64,000 bases of DNA from Chiloscyllium plagiosum (taxonomy: Eukaryota): assembly GCF_004010195.1 (NCBI RefSeq), contig NC_057718.1, positions 66,163,351 to 66,227,350 of the forward strand, read 5' to 3'. The notes under the pieces are model-generated. The model had not been told where the DNA came from. It ran no database searches and worked only from the letters and a program-made list of their open reading frames with translations. Position numbers and translations under genes: made by a program. Position 1 is the first letter of the stretch; each line of letters begins with the position of its first letter. This document shows, piece after piece, positions 10,712 through 23,844 of the stretch.

Positions 10712-11246
10712 TTTTTTTGGCATATAATTACAAAAAGAGTTTTATTCCCATGAATACAGACTATCCTGGAAGCTACTACTATGCTTCATCCTTCATTATA
10801 CCTTAGTACCATAGCCCTTCTTACAGCAATTGGAAAACCGTAGATGGCTGACAGCAGAAAGAGCAGAGTTCTTTAAAGACGGCTGATGACACTGCTGCAT
10901 AAACCCTCCATGGAAAGTCAAAAGGCTCAACAACTAATGCCATCTGAGTAAGCGTCAGCCACAATGATGAGGTGGTTCAGGTGCCTCGATGGGTTGGATG
11001 GTGTTCCTTTACGTTCTTTCAAAGTCTTGTACATTATGTTGCCTGGCTGCATTTGTTAACATAGCCCTGGGGAGAGGTGTTGACTTTGATGAGAGGGAAG
11101 CGTTGGTTTAGCAATGCATCTTGCTTGCTCTGTTTTTTCATCAGCCATCTTTCCATAATTTTAGTCGGAACGCTTTCTGCTACATATTCATCAAGTACAT
11201 TTGAATGCCCGCTTGTTTTAATCCGCAGGAGGGGCTGATCCTGGAC
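10712..11246 (-). pseudogene. 5'-truncated retrocopy of a polyadenylated transcript (mostly 3' UTR; parent unknown)
   Basis: Poly(T) at ~10711-10718 on plus; minus-strand AATAAA at 10741-10746; flanked by CACA(T/C)TCCTGTTTAT; sequence not repeated elsewhere in the window. Confidence 0.65.
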
Positions 11247-11261
11247 CACACTCCTGTTTAT

Positions 11262-11565
11262 TTTTTTTTTCTTGTGATATCACCTGTTTATATCACCTGT
11301 TTTTTTATTTTTTTTTAAACCCCCACACTACCACCTAAGTGTGGTAGTGCTTATTTTTTTCCCCAGTACCCATGGTGTGTGTGTGCAGGTGTGAGACACA
11401 GTGAAAGATACAAAGTGCACAAATCTTTATTAAAATTCCACCACCAGGAAGATAGGAAAACACCCAGGTGGCCAGTGACAAACACTGCCCTTCACATCAA
11501 AGGGCAGTGCTGTGTGATCAAAACAGTGAAGGGGAGGGTAGGGACTAAATCAAAATAGAGATGGA
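11262..11565 (-). mobile_element. Poly(A)-tailed 3' fragment, probably a non-LTR element 3' UTR
   Basis: Poly(T) runs on plus, hairpin CACTACCAC-CTAA-GTGTGGTAGTG, flanked by ACACTCCTGTTTAT. Confidence 0.5.
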
Positions 11566-11791
11566 ACACTCCTGTTTATATCTGTCAGTCAGGGCTCCCT
11601 GATTGGACTAGGTTAACAGCCCCAATCAGGGAACTCCAATTCTATAAGGACCATCTGGCTGACCTCACCAGATTAGTTATCCACACCCCTCGGCTACTAT
11701 CCTGGGCACAGCAATTTGAATTACAGATGATGTTTGAATCCAACAAAAATCTGAAATAAAAGGCTAACTTAATGGTGACCACGCACCTATT

Positions 11792-13070
11792 AGATTCATA
11801 GAGATGTACAGCATGGAAACAGACCCTTCGGTCCAACCCATCCATGCCGACCAGATATCCCAACCCAATCTAGTCCCACCTGCCAGCACCTGGCCCATAT
11901 CCCTCCAAACCCTTCCTATTCATATACCCATCCAAATGTCTCTTAAATGTTGCAATTGTACCACATCCTCTGGCAGCTCATTCCATACANNNNNNNNNNN
12001 NNNNNNNNNNNNNNNNNNNNNNNNNNNNNNNNNNNNNNNNNNNNNNNNNNNNNNNNNNNNNNNNNNNNNNNNNNNNNNNNNNNNNNNNNNNNNNNNNNNN
12101 NNNNNNNNNNNNNNNNNNNNNNNNNNNNNNNNNNNNNNNNNNNNNNNNNNNNNNNNNNNNNNNNNNNNNNNNNNNNNNNNNNNNNNNNNNNNNNNNNNNN
12201 NNNNNNNNNNNNNNNNNNNNNNNNNNNNNNNNNNNNNNNNNNNNNNNNNNNNNNNNNNNNNNNNNNNNNNNNNNNNNNNNNNNNNNNNNNNNNNNNNNNN
12301 NNNNNNNNNNNNNNNNNNNNNNNNNNNNNNNNNNNNNNNNNNNNNNNNNNNNNNNNNNNNNNNNNNNNNNNNNNNNNNNNNNNNNNNNNNNNNNNNNNNN
12401 NNNNNNNNNNNNNNNNNNNNNNNNNNNNNNNNNNNNNNNNNNNNNNNNNNNNNNNNNNNNNNNNNNNNNNNNNNNNNNNNNNNNNNNNNNNNNNNNNNNN
12501 NNNNNNNNNNNNNNNNNNNNNNNNNNNNNNNNNNNNNNNNNNNNNNNNNNNNNNNNNNNNNNNNNNNNNNNNNNNNNNNNNNNNNNNNNNNNNNNNNNNN
12601 NNNNNNNNNNNNNNNNNNNNNNNNNNNNNNNNNNNNNNNNNNNNNNNNNNNNNNNNNNNNNNNNNNNNNNNNNNNNNNNNNNNNNNNNNNNNNNAACGCC
12701 TTACTGAAGTCCATATAGATCACATCTACTGCTCTGCCCTCATCAATCTTCTTTGTTACTTCTTTAAAAAAACTCAATCAAGTTTATGAGACATGATTTC
12801 CCACGCACAAAGCCATGTTGACTATCCCTAATCAGTCCTTGTCTTTCCAAATACATGTACATCCTGTCCCTCAGGATTCCCTCCAACACCTTGCCCACCG
12901 CCGCGGTCAGGCTCACCGGTCTATAGTTCCCTGGCTTGTCTTTACTGCCCTTCTTAAACAGTGGCACCACGTTTGCCAACCTCCAGTCTTCTGGCACCTC
13001 ACCTGCGACTATCAATGATACAAATATCTCTGCAAGAGGCCCAGCAATCACTTCTCTAGCTTCCCACAGA
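11792..13070 (-). mobile_element. CR1 LINE 3' half spanning an assembly gap
   Basis: WRLANVVPLFKKG..PGNYRPVSLT..QHGFVRGKSCL..YMDFSKA; 3' tail VWNELP. Confidence 0.9.
11990..12694. other. Assembly gap (N run)
   Basis: Run of N. Confidence 1.
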
Positions 13071-15884
13071 AATTCATCCAGGTCACTAATGTTCTTAGGG
13101 AGAGAGATCTGCATTCTTTACTCAGTCTAGCACACATGTGACTTCAGACCTACAGTAATGTGATTGACTCTAAACTGCGTCTGGATAATTAATGGCTAAA
13201 AACTATATTAATAGATAGAAACATATTATTGCATTTATGAATTACTAGTGAGAAGGAACCTATTGTGTGCTTAAAAGAAACATATGGTAAATTGGCACAG
13301 CATTTGCAATAGAATGCACCTAGGATAATGATTCTTAGCAGACTAGTGTTGTTCTACAGATGGGTTTGAAAAAATTCATGCATGTTATACCTCTTCTTAT
13401 TGGCATTAGTGCCCCTTGTTGTATAATAGTCTTAAAATCTTAGCAGTTTTGCAAATGTTTACTTTATTCTCTTTTATCTTCATCTTGACCTAGGAAAGAG
13501 CATCCAGGGTACTACAAAGCATTTGACATCCAATGAATTATACTTGAAGTGCAATAATATTATATGGGTAAACACAGTGACCAATTTGGCTGCAGGAAAA
13601 ATGTGCATTAAGTAAAATAACACAGCAGAGATAGAAGGAGAAGTAGGGAGAGTTAGCATTGTGATAAAGCAGGAGACCCAAGACCACAGTGGGCTATTTG
13701 GAGTGGTGGCAACAAAGAGATTGAGAGAGAACTGCAAGAGCAATTCAAAATAGCTGATGGAGTGATGTCATAGACTGAAGTGCAACAGTGGGAAAGCTCA
13801 AAACATTGCAGGATTTAAAAACAAATTGTAAATGAAGAACCAAAATCAAGAAGGAACAGCAGTTGGTCGGTGTTGCAGCTTTATTTTTGTTCTTTAAGAT
13901 GAGGCAGGAATCATAGAACCATGGGGTGTCTTTTCTCTAGGGTGGAGGTTTCAAGACTAGGAGGTATATTTTTAAATTGAGAGGAAAAAGATTTTAAAAA
14001 GACACAGGAGCCAATTTTGTTTTTACAGAGAGTTACTCATTTGTGTAATGAACTGACGGGACATGGGCAAGCGCAGGCAGGTAGGACCAGTTTAGTTTGA
14101 GATTATGGTTGACATGGAATGGTTGGATCGAAAGGTCTGTTTCCCTCACTGTAGTACCTTGTTTGTCTATGATCATATTTAGGGGGGAGGGGGAGTGGGA
14201 AGAGGTGAATGGGGCAGGACACAGTGATACAGTGTTTTGGATAGGAGGGGTGGGTGGGACAAATGCAACATGAGGGCCAGGGAGAGTGGGGGGTTCAGGT
14301 GGGAGAATTGGGTCCCATGGCAAATGATGGGGAGAGAGAGGAGGTTGTGAAAAGGTCAGACCTAGAAACCTAACTTACATCTGTACTTTTAAAATTAATA
14401 AACCAGATAAAATGATTTTGTATATATAAACCTTTAGTAATTCCTTAATTATATTGTTAAGCTACTTGATATGATACAGACAGTTATGGTTGAGCACCTC
14501 ACTGGAACTGAAAGCATCTTGTCCAATATGGGAACTCCAGAATGCTCCTTGTGTACTTGCCAACCATCTGTAAAGGAAGTGTCATTGACTGGAGGAGTTG
14601 GAGCTCTGGATTTCGGAGATGTCACTATGGTGGATCTGTAAGAATAACAATTACATGGCTAGCACTTTTCTGGAGGTGCAGTGTGTTCAGGTAGAGACAA
14701 TGAATGACTACCAGGCAATCAGGGAAGACGAGGCAAATACTGTAAGAGTCCCCTATGTGTATCTTACTCTTAAATTAGTATTAATTTCTAAATACTGATG
14801 AGAGTCGACATCATTGTGGTATTGGAGGTTTGGTTGTTTAAAAAGACAGGAGGAAGATTAGAAAAGAAATACGTGTAGAGATTCTATTGAAACCTGAAAA
14901 GGAACACATTTCTGTGACCACAAATATGAATCCATGGTGGTATGTTATTTCAGATAAAAACAAAAAGTACTGGAGAAACTCAGCAAGTCTGGCAGCATCT
15001 GTAGAGAGACAAACAAAGCAACTTTAAATTCAATGTGACTTTTCTTCAGAACTGAAAGGGCTGAGAAATATTTTGATGCTATTGATAGAGGGGGAAGAGG
15101 AATGTGGGAAAAAGATGATGACGGTGTCCAGAACAAAAGACAAAGGGAATGCTAATGGTAGCAATGGAGAGATGGACATGAAAATGTTTAAATGATAGGT
15201 GTAACACTTAGAATATGGGTCTGCTCTGCTCAAAGCAAAGTAACCATGACACAAATAAGACATGGCTGGAGATGATGAATTTTAAAGTTGCTGTTTCATA
15301 AAACTTGGTGAATTGCTGCAGTGAATTAGTGCATACTGCGACCTCTGCACGGCGGTGGAAGAAGTGAATGTTTAATGGTAGATGCAGAACTAATCAAGTG
15401 GACTGTTTTGACCTGAATGATGTTAAGCTTCTTGAGTAATGTGGGAGCCACATTCATCCAGAAAAGAAGAGAATTCCATCACATTCCTGACTGGTACCTC
15501 ATAAATGGTGGACAATGTTTGCAAATTAATGAGATGACTTACTCACTTCAGAATTCCTAATCTCTGACCTGCTCTTACAGTCACAGTATTTATATGGTTG
15601 AACCTATTGGCCAGAATACACAACTCTCAAATAAACCTTGCTCTGGTTAAATTCAGAATGGATCAGATAAGATAAAAAAATAACCTTTAAGTCATAAAGC
15701 ATTACAAAGTCAACCTATTCACCAATAGAAACGTTTATTGCATTTAATAAGTTGAGGACCCAAAGGAACCTCAAATGAGTTATGGTTATTTTTGTGATTA
15801 AATAGAATCACATTTATCTCCAAATAGCTGCATTGAATAGAACATGTGCATCATCATAAATCATATTATCAACAGACTTGCTAG

Positions 15885-16500
15885 TCCCTAGACCTTTCTG
15901 AAAATCTCCTGGATATTTAATTAGGACTTTACATATGCATTTTCCAATTGAAAAATGTTGAGCCAATTGAGATTAATCTTCCTCAACCAATTTCATCCCA
16001 TCAAGCTTGGTCTTGGATCTTTTACTACAGTCAGTGGTAACTGAACCAGCTGCTTTTCATAAGAAATAGAACCAAATTGTACCCTTAATTTCTAAAGGTT
16101 CCCCAGTAAAGGGTCTCAGTCCAGCTGGAGTTGGCCCAACTTAAGGGTTGAAGTTCAGAGCAAATTTTGCTTAAGACTGGCTCTGCAATCATTGAAATGG
16201 CTGTGCCGGTATCAACCTTCATTATATGGCATTTATTTAATTAGTTCTGATTTGGATGTTGCTAATTAATTTAACTGTTCCAAACCAAATGTAGGTCAAC
16301 TTGTCAGGGTGTGCACTGTCTTGGATATGAGCCTGAGTTCTCTTACTCAGTTTAGGTCTGGTAGGATTCTTTTGCTGCCTTGAGTCTGCATACTAGGAGC
16401 AACTGCAATGGCTTGCTGGCCTGGATCCTGAAGAAAATTCTAACCATTTTGCCGAGGATTGGCTTTGTTTTGCTGTTTTGCTGTGGGTTGACTTAGAGTC
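15885..16500 (-). mobile_element. Second Gypsy gag/protease remnant
   Basis: Clearly similar to 5880-6470 (e.g. CAGCTGCTTTTCATAAGAAA, TTCCAAACCAAATGTAGGT). Confidence 0.7.
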
Positions 16501-17316
16501 CTTCTGTTTAGTGGTGTTGGTATTGAAATCCTGTGTCGGTGAGTCTCAAGGATTTCTTGTGTCACCCATTTTTGCGTTCCAGCCCCTTCTGACTGTCAAT
16601 AATGTCTCAGCCGCTAATCCTCTATATTGGATTGATGAGGTTGGCGCAAGGAAGTGACCCTTCTGTAGTCAATAAGAAGGTGAATAATCAGCAGACATTT
16701 TAAGTCTCAATGAAGATAGCACCTATCTGGGGGGAAAATTTCCCAAGTATCATAGATAAACCTTTTACAGTGGCATACAGTCACACTTTGGCTCTGGTGA
16801 GAGCCACTCTGCTAATATTCTAACCTCATTCCAACCATTTTCTCATAGAGGGTGGACACATAACAGATGCCTCTTTATTCATGTCAGTGAGAGCTTGGCC
16901 ACTTTGTACAGGAACCTTTTGGCATAAGTGACTATAATATGATAAAATTTACATTGTTTTTGATTGTGAGGTAGTTCAATCTAAAGCAAAGCTGTTAAAT
17001 TTGAATAAAGGAAATGAGGCACAAATTGACTGAGATGGATACGAAAATACATTAAAAGGCATGACTCAACATAGGCAATGAATAGTCTCTAAAATATCTG
17101 ACTTAGATCAAATATACATTCTTTCAACGTGCAAAAACATAAAAGAGGTTGGTCTATCATGGCTTACACAAAGGAAGTTCAGGATTGTATCGGATTGAAA
17201 AAGAAGACCTATAAAGATGCCACAAATAGTTGTAGTTCTGAGTATTCTGGTGTTTATGAAATGCAACACAGGAGGACCAAGAATCTGTTAAGGAAAGCAA
17301 GCTAGCAAAATACATG

Positions 17317-17518
17317 TATGATTTGGAGGTGCTGGTGTTGGACTGGGATGCACAAAGTTAAAAATCGCACAACACCAGGTTATAGTCCAACAGGTTTATT
17401 TGGAAGCACCAGCTTTCAGATGGCAAAGGATGAAGGACTACTTGATGAAGAAGCTCCAAAAGCTAGTGCTTCCAAATAAACCTGTTGGACAATAATCTGG
17501 TTTTGTGTGACTTTTAAC
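17317..17518. mobile_element. Palindromic Penelope-terminus insertion, third family
   Basis: Arms GTCCAACAGGTTTATTTGGAAGCAC / GTGCTTCCAAATAAACCTGTTGGAC; TGATGAAG..AAAAGCTAG remnant; flanks CAAAAT(A/G)CAT. Confidence 0.7.
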
Positions 17519-17892
17519 AAAATGCATATATACACTGTAAAAGCATTTATAGGTATGTAAAAAGGAAATGTTTGGCTGTAATGAATGTGGGTCTTTTGAG
17601 GGTAAGTCAGGATAATCTATAATGAGAAATGAAAGACAAGCTAAACATTACTTTAGCTTACTTACTAAAGATCACAGAGGAAGATACCAGAAATTAGAGA
17701 TCCAAATAGTTATGGAGAATGAGTTCTAAAAGGACACAGTCAAGTAGGAGGAAATGCATTTTGTAAGAAGAACATTGAAAGACAATATAAAATAGGAGGT
17801 ACAATTCTAAAGGGGGAGAAGGAGCAGAGGGACCTGCACACTTACGTGCACAAATCACTGGAGGTTGTAGGACTGAAGGTAAATAGAGTGAG

Positions 17893-18217
17893 CAGCATAG
17901 TGGCACAGTGGTTAGGTGGCACAGTGGTCAGCACTGCTGCCTCACAGCGCCAGAGACCAGAGTTCAATTCCCACCTCAGGCGACTGTGTGGAGTTTGCAC
18001 ATTCTCCCCGTGTCTGCGTGGGTTTCCTCCGGGTGCTCTGGTTTCCTCCCACTGTCCAAAAATGTGCAGGTTATGTGAATTGGCCACACTAAATTGCCCG
18101 TAGGGTTAGGTGAAGGGATAAATGTAGGGGAATGGGTCTGGGTGGGTTGCGCTTCGGCGGGTCGGTGTGGACTTATTGGGCCGAAGGGCCTGTTTCCATA
18201 CTGTAAGTAATCTAATC
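17893..18217 (+). mobile_element. HE1-type SINE with duplicated 5' A-box segment
   Basis: GTGGCACAGTGGT occurs twice at the head; young 3' end matching 33-327. Confidence 0.85.
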
Positions 18218-20771
18218 AATTAATAAAACACACAATATCATTGGCTTTATTAATGGCACATAAAGTACAAGAGCAAGGAGATGATGTTGAACTTATGTAA
18301 AACACTTATTAGACCTTAGTTGGAGTATTCTTTACAGTTCTGGAAGTCACATTATAGGAAGAATCTGAACACATTGGAGATAGTTCACAAGCTACTTATA
18401 ATAATGTTTCAGAGGTAGGAAATTTCAGTAATGAGGATAGATTGAAGAAGTTGGGATAGTTCTCCTTGGAGAGAAGAAAACTAAGAGGAGATTTGATACT
18501 AGGTTTCAGGATCATGAGGGAGGTGGATTGAGTAGATGGGGAGAAACTCTTCTTACTTGTAAAAGGATTAAGAATCAGAGAGCATAGATTTAAAGTTATT
18601 TATAAAAGAAGCAAATGCAGGATGATTGAGGCATTCAAGAGGATATTGGATGATTATTTGAATATAAATGGTGTACAAGGGATATGGGAGAAAAAGCAAA
18701 AGATTGGCAGTAAGAGATTATGCTTATTTGAAGAGCCAGTGCAGACACAATGGGCTGAATAACCTCCTTCTGTGCAATAACACTTCTGTGAAATTAGCAT
18801 GAAGGAGATTGTACTATAAATTTTAAAGAGGCTGAAAGTTGATAAATCCCCAGGATTTGATGGTCTACATCCCAAAGTGTTGACGGGTGTACCTATAGAG
18901 TTAGTTGAGTCATTGGTAAATATCTTCCAAAAATCTATAGATTCTAGAATGATCCCTGCAGATTGGAAGCTGGCAAATGTCACCTCACTATATAAAAAGG
19001 GGTGAGAGAGGAAACTGGGAACGTGTTAGTCTTAAGTCATAGTCATGAAAATGCTAGAATCTTTTATTAAATGGGTTAAACAGACACTTGGTTGATAACA
19101 ATCTGATTGGACATAGTTGCATGGATTTGCAAATGGGAAATTATGTTTGACATACCTGTTGGAGTTTTTTGAAGCTGTTACTAACAAAATTGATAAAGGA
19201 GAGCCGATGGACACGGTATACTTAGATATTCAGAAGATTTTTGATATATTCCTCTACAGGAGGCTGGTGAGAAAAATTAAAGCACACCGATTAGGAGGTA
19301 ATGTACTGGCTTGGTTTACTGATTGACTCTCAGACAGAAAGCAGAGAGTAGGAATGAATGGATCATTCTCACATTGAAAGGCTATTTGGGGACTGCAAAC
19401 ATCAGTAGTTGAGCCCCCAGGAATTCACAATATATATCAATCATTTGGAGTTGGGGAGCAAATGTAACTTTGCAACTTTGTGAATGGGATGGATAGAAGG
19501 CATTGAAGTGTTCAATTAGTTCCGATCATACCAAATGCTGAGGCAGCTTCGTAAGGCTGAATGGCCTATTCCTGTACCCATGTTCCTATTTACAATAGAG
19601 CAGCTAAATTTAACAGTCAAGTTTTGTAGAGTGACATTTAAAGGATTATATATTGTCACCCTTGGATTGCAAATAGTCAAATATATCCAAGATCAAAAAT
19701 ATAATTGCCCCATACCTATTTTTGAAATCCATATTTTTAAAGCACACATTTTTAATGATTGAAGTGTGCAGTAATTTTTATTTCCAGTAGAGGTGAACAA
19801 ATTACATAATAAATTTAAAAGAGTAATAGACTACTGAGGCAATTTCTATATTACTGGCGGAAGAATTGGCAGATATCCAATCACCTCCTTTCAAGAAGGC
19901 ACACTAAGTTAAGTGACACCCAGACACTTCACTAGTCAACAATGAGCCTATCTTGGGTTCAAAGACCTCATGAGTAGAAGTCTTACCTGTGAAAAGCTGC
20001 GGGTCTTCGGTAGCCAGTTGAGCTATTTTGAATGGCAGCAGGACTGGGGAAGTGGTGACTGCTGCCACTGGGACACCCCAGGCCGAGCATCATTGCTAGG
20101 TCCAAGGCCACAAGTCAGTGGTGGTGGGAGGGAGTCACAGTTTTGTGGCAACATATGAAGGGGGAATGGGGTCTAGGAGCAATGCCAATGGGGTGGCTCT
20201 CAGTGGGACCCTCTTCCTAATGGTGGCTCCCCTTCACTAGTAGTGGTAGTAGAATCCTCAGTTGGCAGCAGAATGAGAAAGCTGTTCAGAGATCTTCAGG
20301 ATGGAGGTAGTAAAGTGGAGGAATTGTCTGATTAAATACCCACCTGCCCCATTCTCACCATAAGGAGGAAGGCATTAAACTCTGGAAACTATGTTGATGG
20401 TACAAGACAAAGAAGCAGGCAATTTTCCAAAACACATCCTGTTCATCTGCCTGAGGCCCCGAAATCATTTTACAAGTTGGCCTCAGTATGGGCATTCCCA
20501 AACACCTGGCTAAAACAAGCTGGAGCTTTACTTCAATACAGTAAAATCATGATCACAGGGAAGCTGTGCACAAGTTTATGTTAAGCAGAGCTTCAGGATA
20601 GCCAAAGAGGCCCCAAACCTATTTTCCTACAAATGCACACAATATTAAAATAAAACTCAGATAAAAACAGTACAGCAGCAATTATGTGAAAAATGTCTTT
20701 ACTTCCAATTTGTTCACATCTGACAATAGCTTGATCTTATTCAGTAAAAGGCATTGAAAATTATCAAGAGT

Positions 20772-21101
20772 TAGAATTATAGAATCCCAAAATGCGGAAA
20801 GAGGCTATCCGGCCCATTGGGTCCACACCAACCCTGAGAACCATTCAGACCCAACCTCCCCATCCTATCCACGTAACCCCACATTTACCATGGCTAGCCT
20901 ATCTAGCCTGCACATCCCTAGACCCTACGGACAATTTAGCATATCCTGTCCACCTAACTTGTACATCTTTGGACTGTGGGAAGAAAGTGGAGCACCTTCA
21001 GGAACCCAGTTCTACACAGACAGTTGCTCAAAGCTGGAATCAAACCTGGATCCCTGGTGCTGTAAGGCAGCAATACTAACCACCAAGCCACTGTGCCACC
21101 C
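20772..21101 (-). mobile_element. Diverged HE1-type SINE
   Basis: Similar to other copies. Confidence 0.75.
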
Positions 21102-21399
21102 ATTCAATTCAGAAAAATTCAACAACTTTTTTCTGCTTAATGTGCCTTCTATGGGGGAGTGCGATACAGTCCACCTGTCATCAGTACAGTCAACCAGATT
21201 TTCCACGTTCTTATGCTGCAGTGCAACTTCTCAGAGCATCTTGACGGCATATTCAGACTCAGCTAGGGAAAGGGGTGGATGAGCAGATGTATATATCAGA
21301 CTCTTCCCAGTTTCATCAGCCTCCTTGGGCTCCTTAGTTAATGAAGTGCATACTACAGCATCTACAATTTCCACAGCTGTAGTTCTGTTGTGTAGTGTA

Positions 21400-22560
21400 C
21401 AATGTTGGCATAAGTTTGTATTTCTGTGTTAGCTGAAGTTTCCACGCCAGACTCTCACAAGCGAATGAAAACAGCCTCATTATTGGATTGGTTTTCCTCA
21501 CCCTCCTTGTTCTCAGTGTCTTGAGCAGCTGTAGCCTGGTGGGAACCTAGCATGTTGGAAGCAGTTGGTTTTCTGATTTCTGTCACCATCTTCCATGCTT
21601 TCTTCATCATGAACATAGCCACTAGAACAGTTGGGCTGTGCTCCTACTTCTTATTGATGGCCTCAATAAGCTGAGACATCAATTGGATTTTCAGGCTCCT
21701 AAATGCCCTCTGATCCACTGACTGGAAAATGGCTGTGGTGTTAGAGGCAAGAATATCAACTTTTAATGGTTTTGAAGTCTGTGACGTTGGAATATGCAGG
21801 ATAGTTGGCTGAAATTATTATAATCTTCCTTTTCTTCCAGTGAAACATTTTGACAATTTCCTGATCCAAGTTTCAAAAATTCTGGAGATTATCCAGATGA
21901 TTTTATTAGCCTCATACTGCGAGGATATTGTCTTGATATTTTCAAAGTAGTGTGGCATCTTGGATTATCATATCAAAAGAAGAGGCAGCTTTTTAGGGCC
22001 ATCCATTGCAGGGACACTTCCTTTGCTCCACTTTCCACCTATAGACATTTCATTTTTACACATCATAAAGTCATCTGACAAAAAACATAGAAAAGCAGCA
22101 TTGAAAATTTCCTTTGGTGCATAGGTGTTCAAGACTTGGGCAAAACCATTTGGTCCCCAAACACCTGTCCTTGATGCTATAACTACCCTGATCCCACCTC
22201 TTATGCAAAAGATGATGTTGTGTCTTGACTTGAACTAGTCCAGCCATCCATCGCTGCTAATGAACTCCTTGTGGTCCATTCATTGCTTGAGCTGTCTTCA
22301 ACCACATCAGTAGATCTTCTTCAACATCAAATTAGGGAGCTATTCTCATCTTTGCTGGAAGAAATGCCTGCTTGTCAAATTGTTTCAAGAATTCTTCCTG
22401 TAATTCAGAAATTTAACAAACATAATGTGAAAGCTTTGATTCCTTCACCATGCCTATTTTGCATTTCATGCCAAGATTTTCCATTTGCTGTTTCAAGGTC
22501 ACTTTCTCTTCAATCACCAACACTTCTCACTTGTTCACAGATTTAACCATTCTTGGTTTG
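21400..22560 (-). mobile_element. Tigger/pogo-type transposase fossil (CENP-B HTH + DDE)
   Basis: Minus: EFISSDGWLD*FKSRHNI (~22215-22268), QYEANKIIWIISRIF (~21875-21920), NTTAIFQSVDQRAFRSLK (~21690-21743); disrupted. Confidence 0.75.
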
Positions 22561-23154
22561 CATTTCCTTTCACAGAGAGATTTGATGTCAAATGAAGGCT
22601 TAACTAAAGCTTCCTGATTTTGTGCCTTAATGTGGCCTGATTCTGCTCCAGTTGGTTGGTGTGGTCATATGATGAGCTTGTTGAGTTCAGCCAATCTGAA
22701 GATACCATTATGAAACGTTGATTTATGATGGACATTGTTCTATTGGATTTGTTAATCTGCTGACTGGAATGAGTGATAACTTGGATACAATCTTAACTTT
22801 GAATATTCCAAATCTGTTTTATTGTATTTTCATAGCGTAGATCTCTCTTAAATACAGACTAAACTATTTTCTCTTAGTTTTGGGGGCCTGGTGGATCAGA
22901 AGTGCTCATCTTAATCCCACAAATAACGACTGATCCAGAATATCAGTTAACTTGACAGAAGCATACAATCTGATCTGACCTCTCTAACCAGAGAGTGGAA
23001 CACACGAGCTACATACTAATAAGATTTGAGCACCAATTTGATTCAGGTCTTTTGTCAATGTGAATTCATGGACAAGTAATTCATTGCACCAACCACCTCA
23101 CCATTATCAAATGAGGCAAAATAAATTACTAAAGAGAAAGCAGATACACCTTAC

Positions 23155-23365
23155 ACTGAAATAAAAACTGCTGTAAATGTTCAGCAGGTTCAGGGGCATC
23201 TGTGGAGAGAAACAAAGTTAGTGTTTAAATCAATGAAATTCTAATGAAAATCTCAATAGCCTGCAACATTAACATGGTTTCTCTCCATGGAGGCTGCCTG
23301 AACAGATAAACATGAACAGTATGTTTTTGTTCTTTCAGATTTCCAGCATCCACAGTATTTTGTGG
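23155..23365. mobile_element. Old palindromic insertion, second family
   Basis: GTTCAGCAGG..CATCTGTGGAGAGAAAC / GTTTCTCTCCATGGAGGCTGCCTGAAC arms. Confidence 0.55.
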
Positions 23366-23844
23366 AACACTTTTGTGAACATTTAGATTGGCTATTTGAC
23401 ATTCTACTGTGTATTATTGTAATGAGGGAACTCATTTGAACAGAAATATACTCTCAGCCCTCTGGAGGAAATGAATTTTGTTATCCTTCAGTAATTTCTA
23501 CTTCTCTATTTACATTGAAGATGAACTTTTTTACTTTAGGATTTTTTAATTAGCAAATATTTAGGTGTGCCTGGATCTTCCCTATGCCCCACTAATGGTT
23601 TGCCCACTTGTCCAAATGAAATCAAATTACTTGTGACGCAGTCTGTTACAATTGAGTTAATTAGGCAGTGAAGATTAGAACTGAAGCCTAGTCTATATAC
23701 ACTTGCACATTCATTATATATCTTCAATCCAATGATGACAGTTTCAGTCTATTCATATGTTCCAGGTGAATCCCCAGTTAATGCAACCATCTGCATACTG
23801 TTAAACATCTGATTAAGATACAATTAACACAGACAACTGGGTGT

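Larger units (their letters stand above)
10590..11685 (-). mobile_element. Solo LTR-like repeat interrupted by two poly(A) insertions
   Basis: TATCCTGTCACC...GGGCTCCCTGATTGG...CCAATCAGGGAACTC, similar to 6692-7160. Confidence 0.55.
16900..19560 (+). mobile_element. Old decayed CR1 ORF2 fragments, nested
   Basis: HGFANGKLCLTYLLEFFE..VYLDIQK; KSPGFDGLHP; many stops. Confidence 0.75.

Noticed and set aside
11804..12789. Three 280-304 aa ORFs
   Set aside because: They run through the N gap; the flanks are simply CR1.
5880..16500. Similarity of 5880-6470 and 15885-16500 as a segmental duplication
   Set aside because: Limited to Gypsy-derived sequence and diverged; independent insertions are the simpler explanation.
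20400..20660. Possible minus-strand terminal exon (acceptor near 20627)
   Set aside because: All frames close within 17 codons and no recognisable protein; insufficient support.
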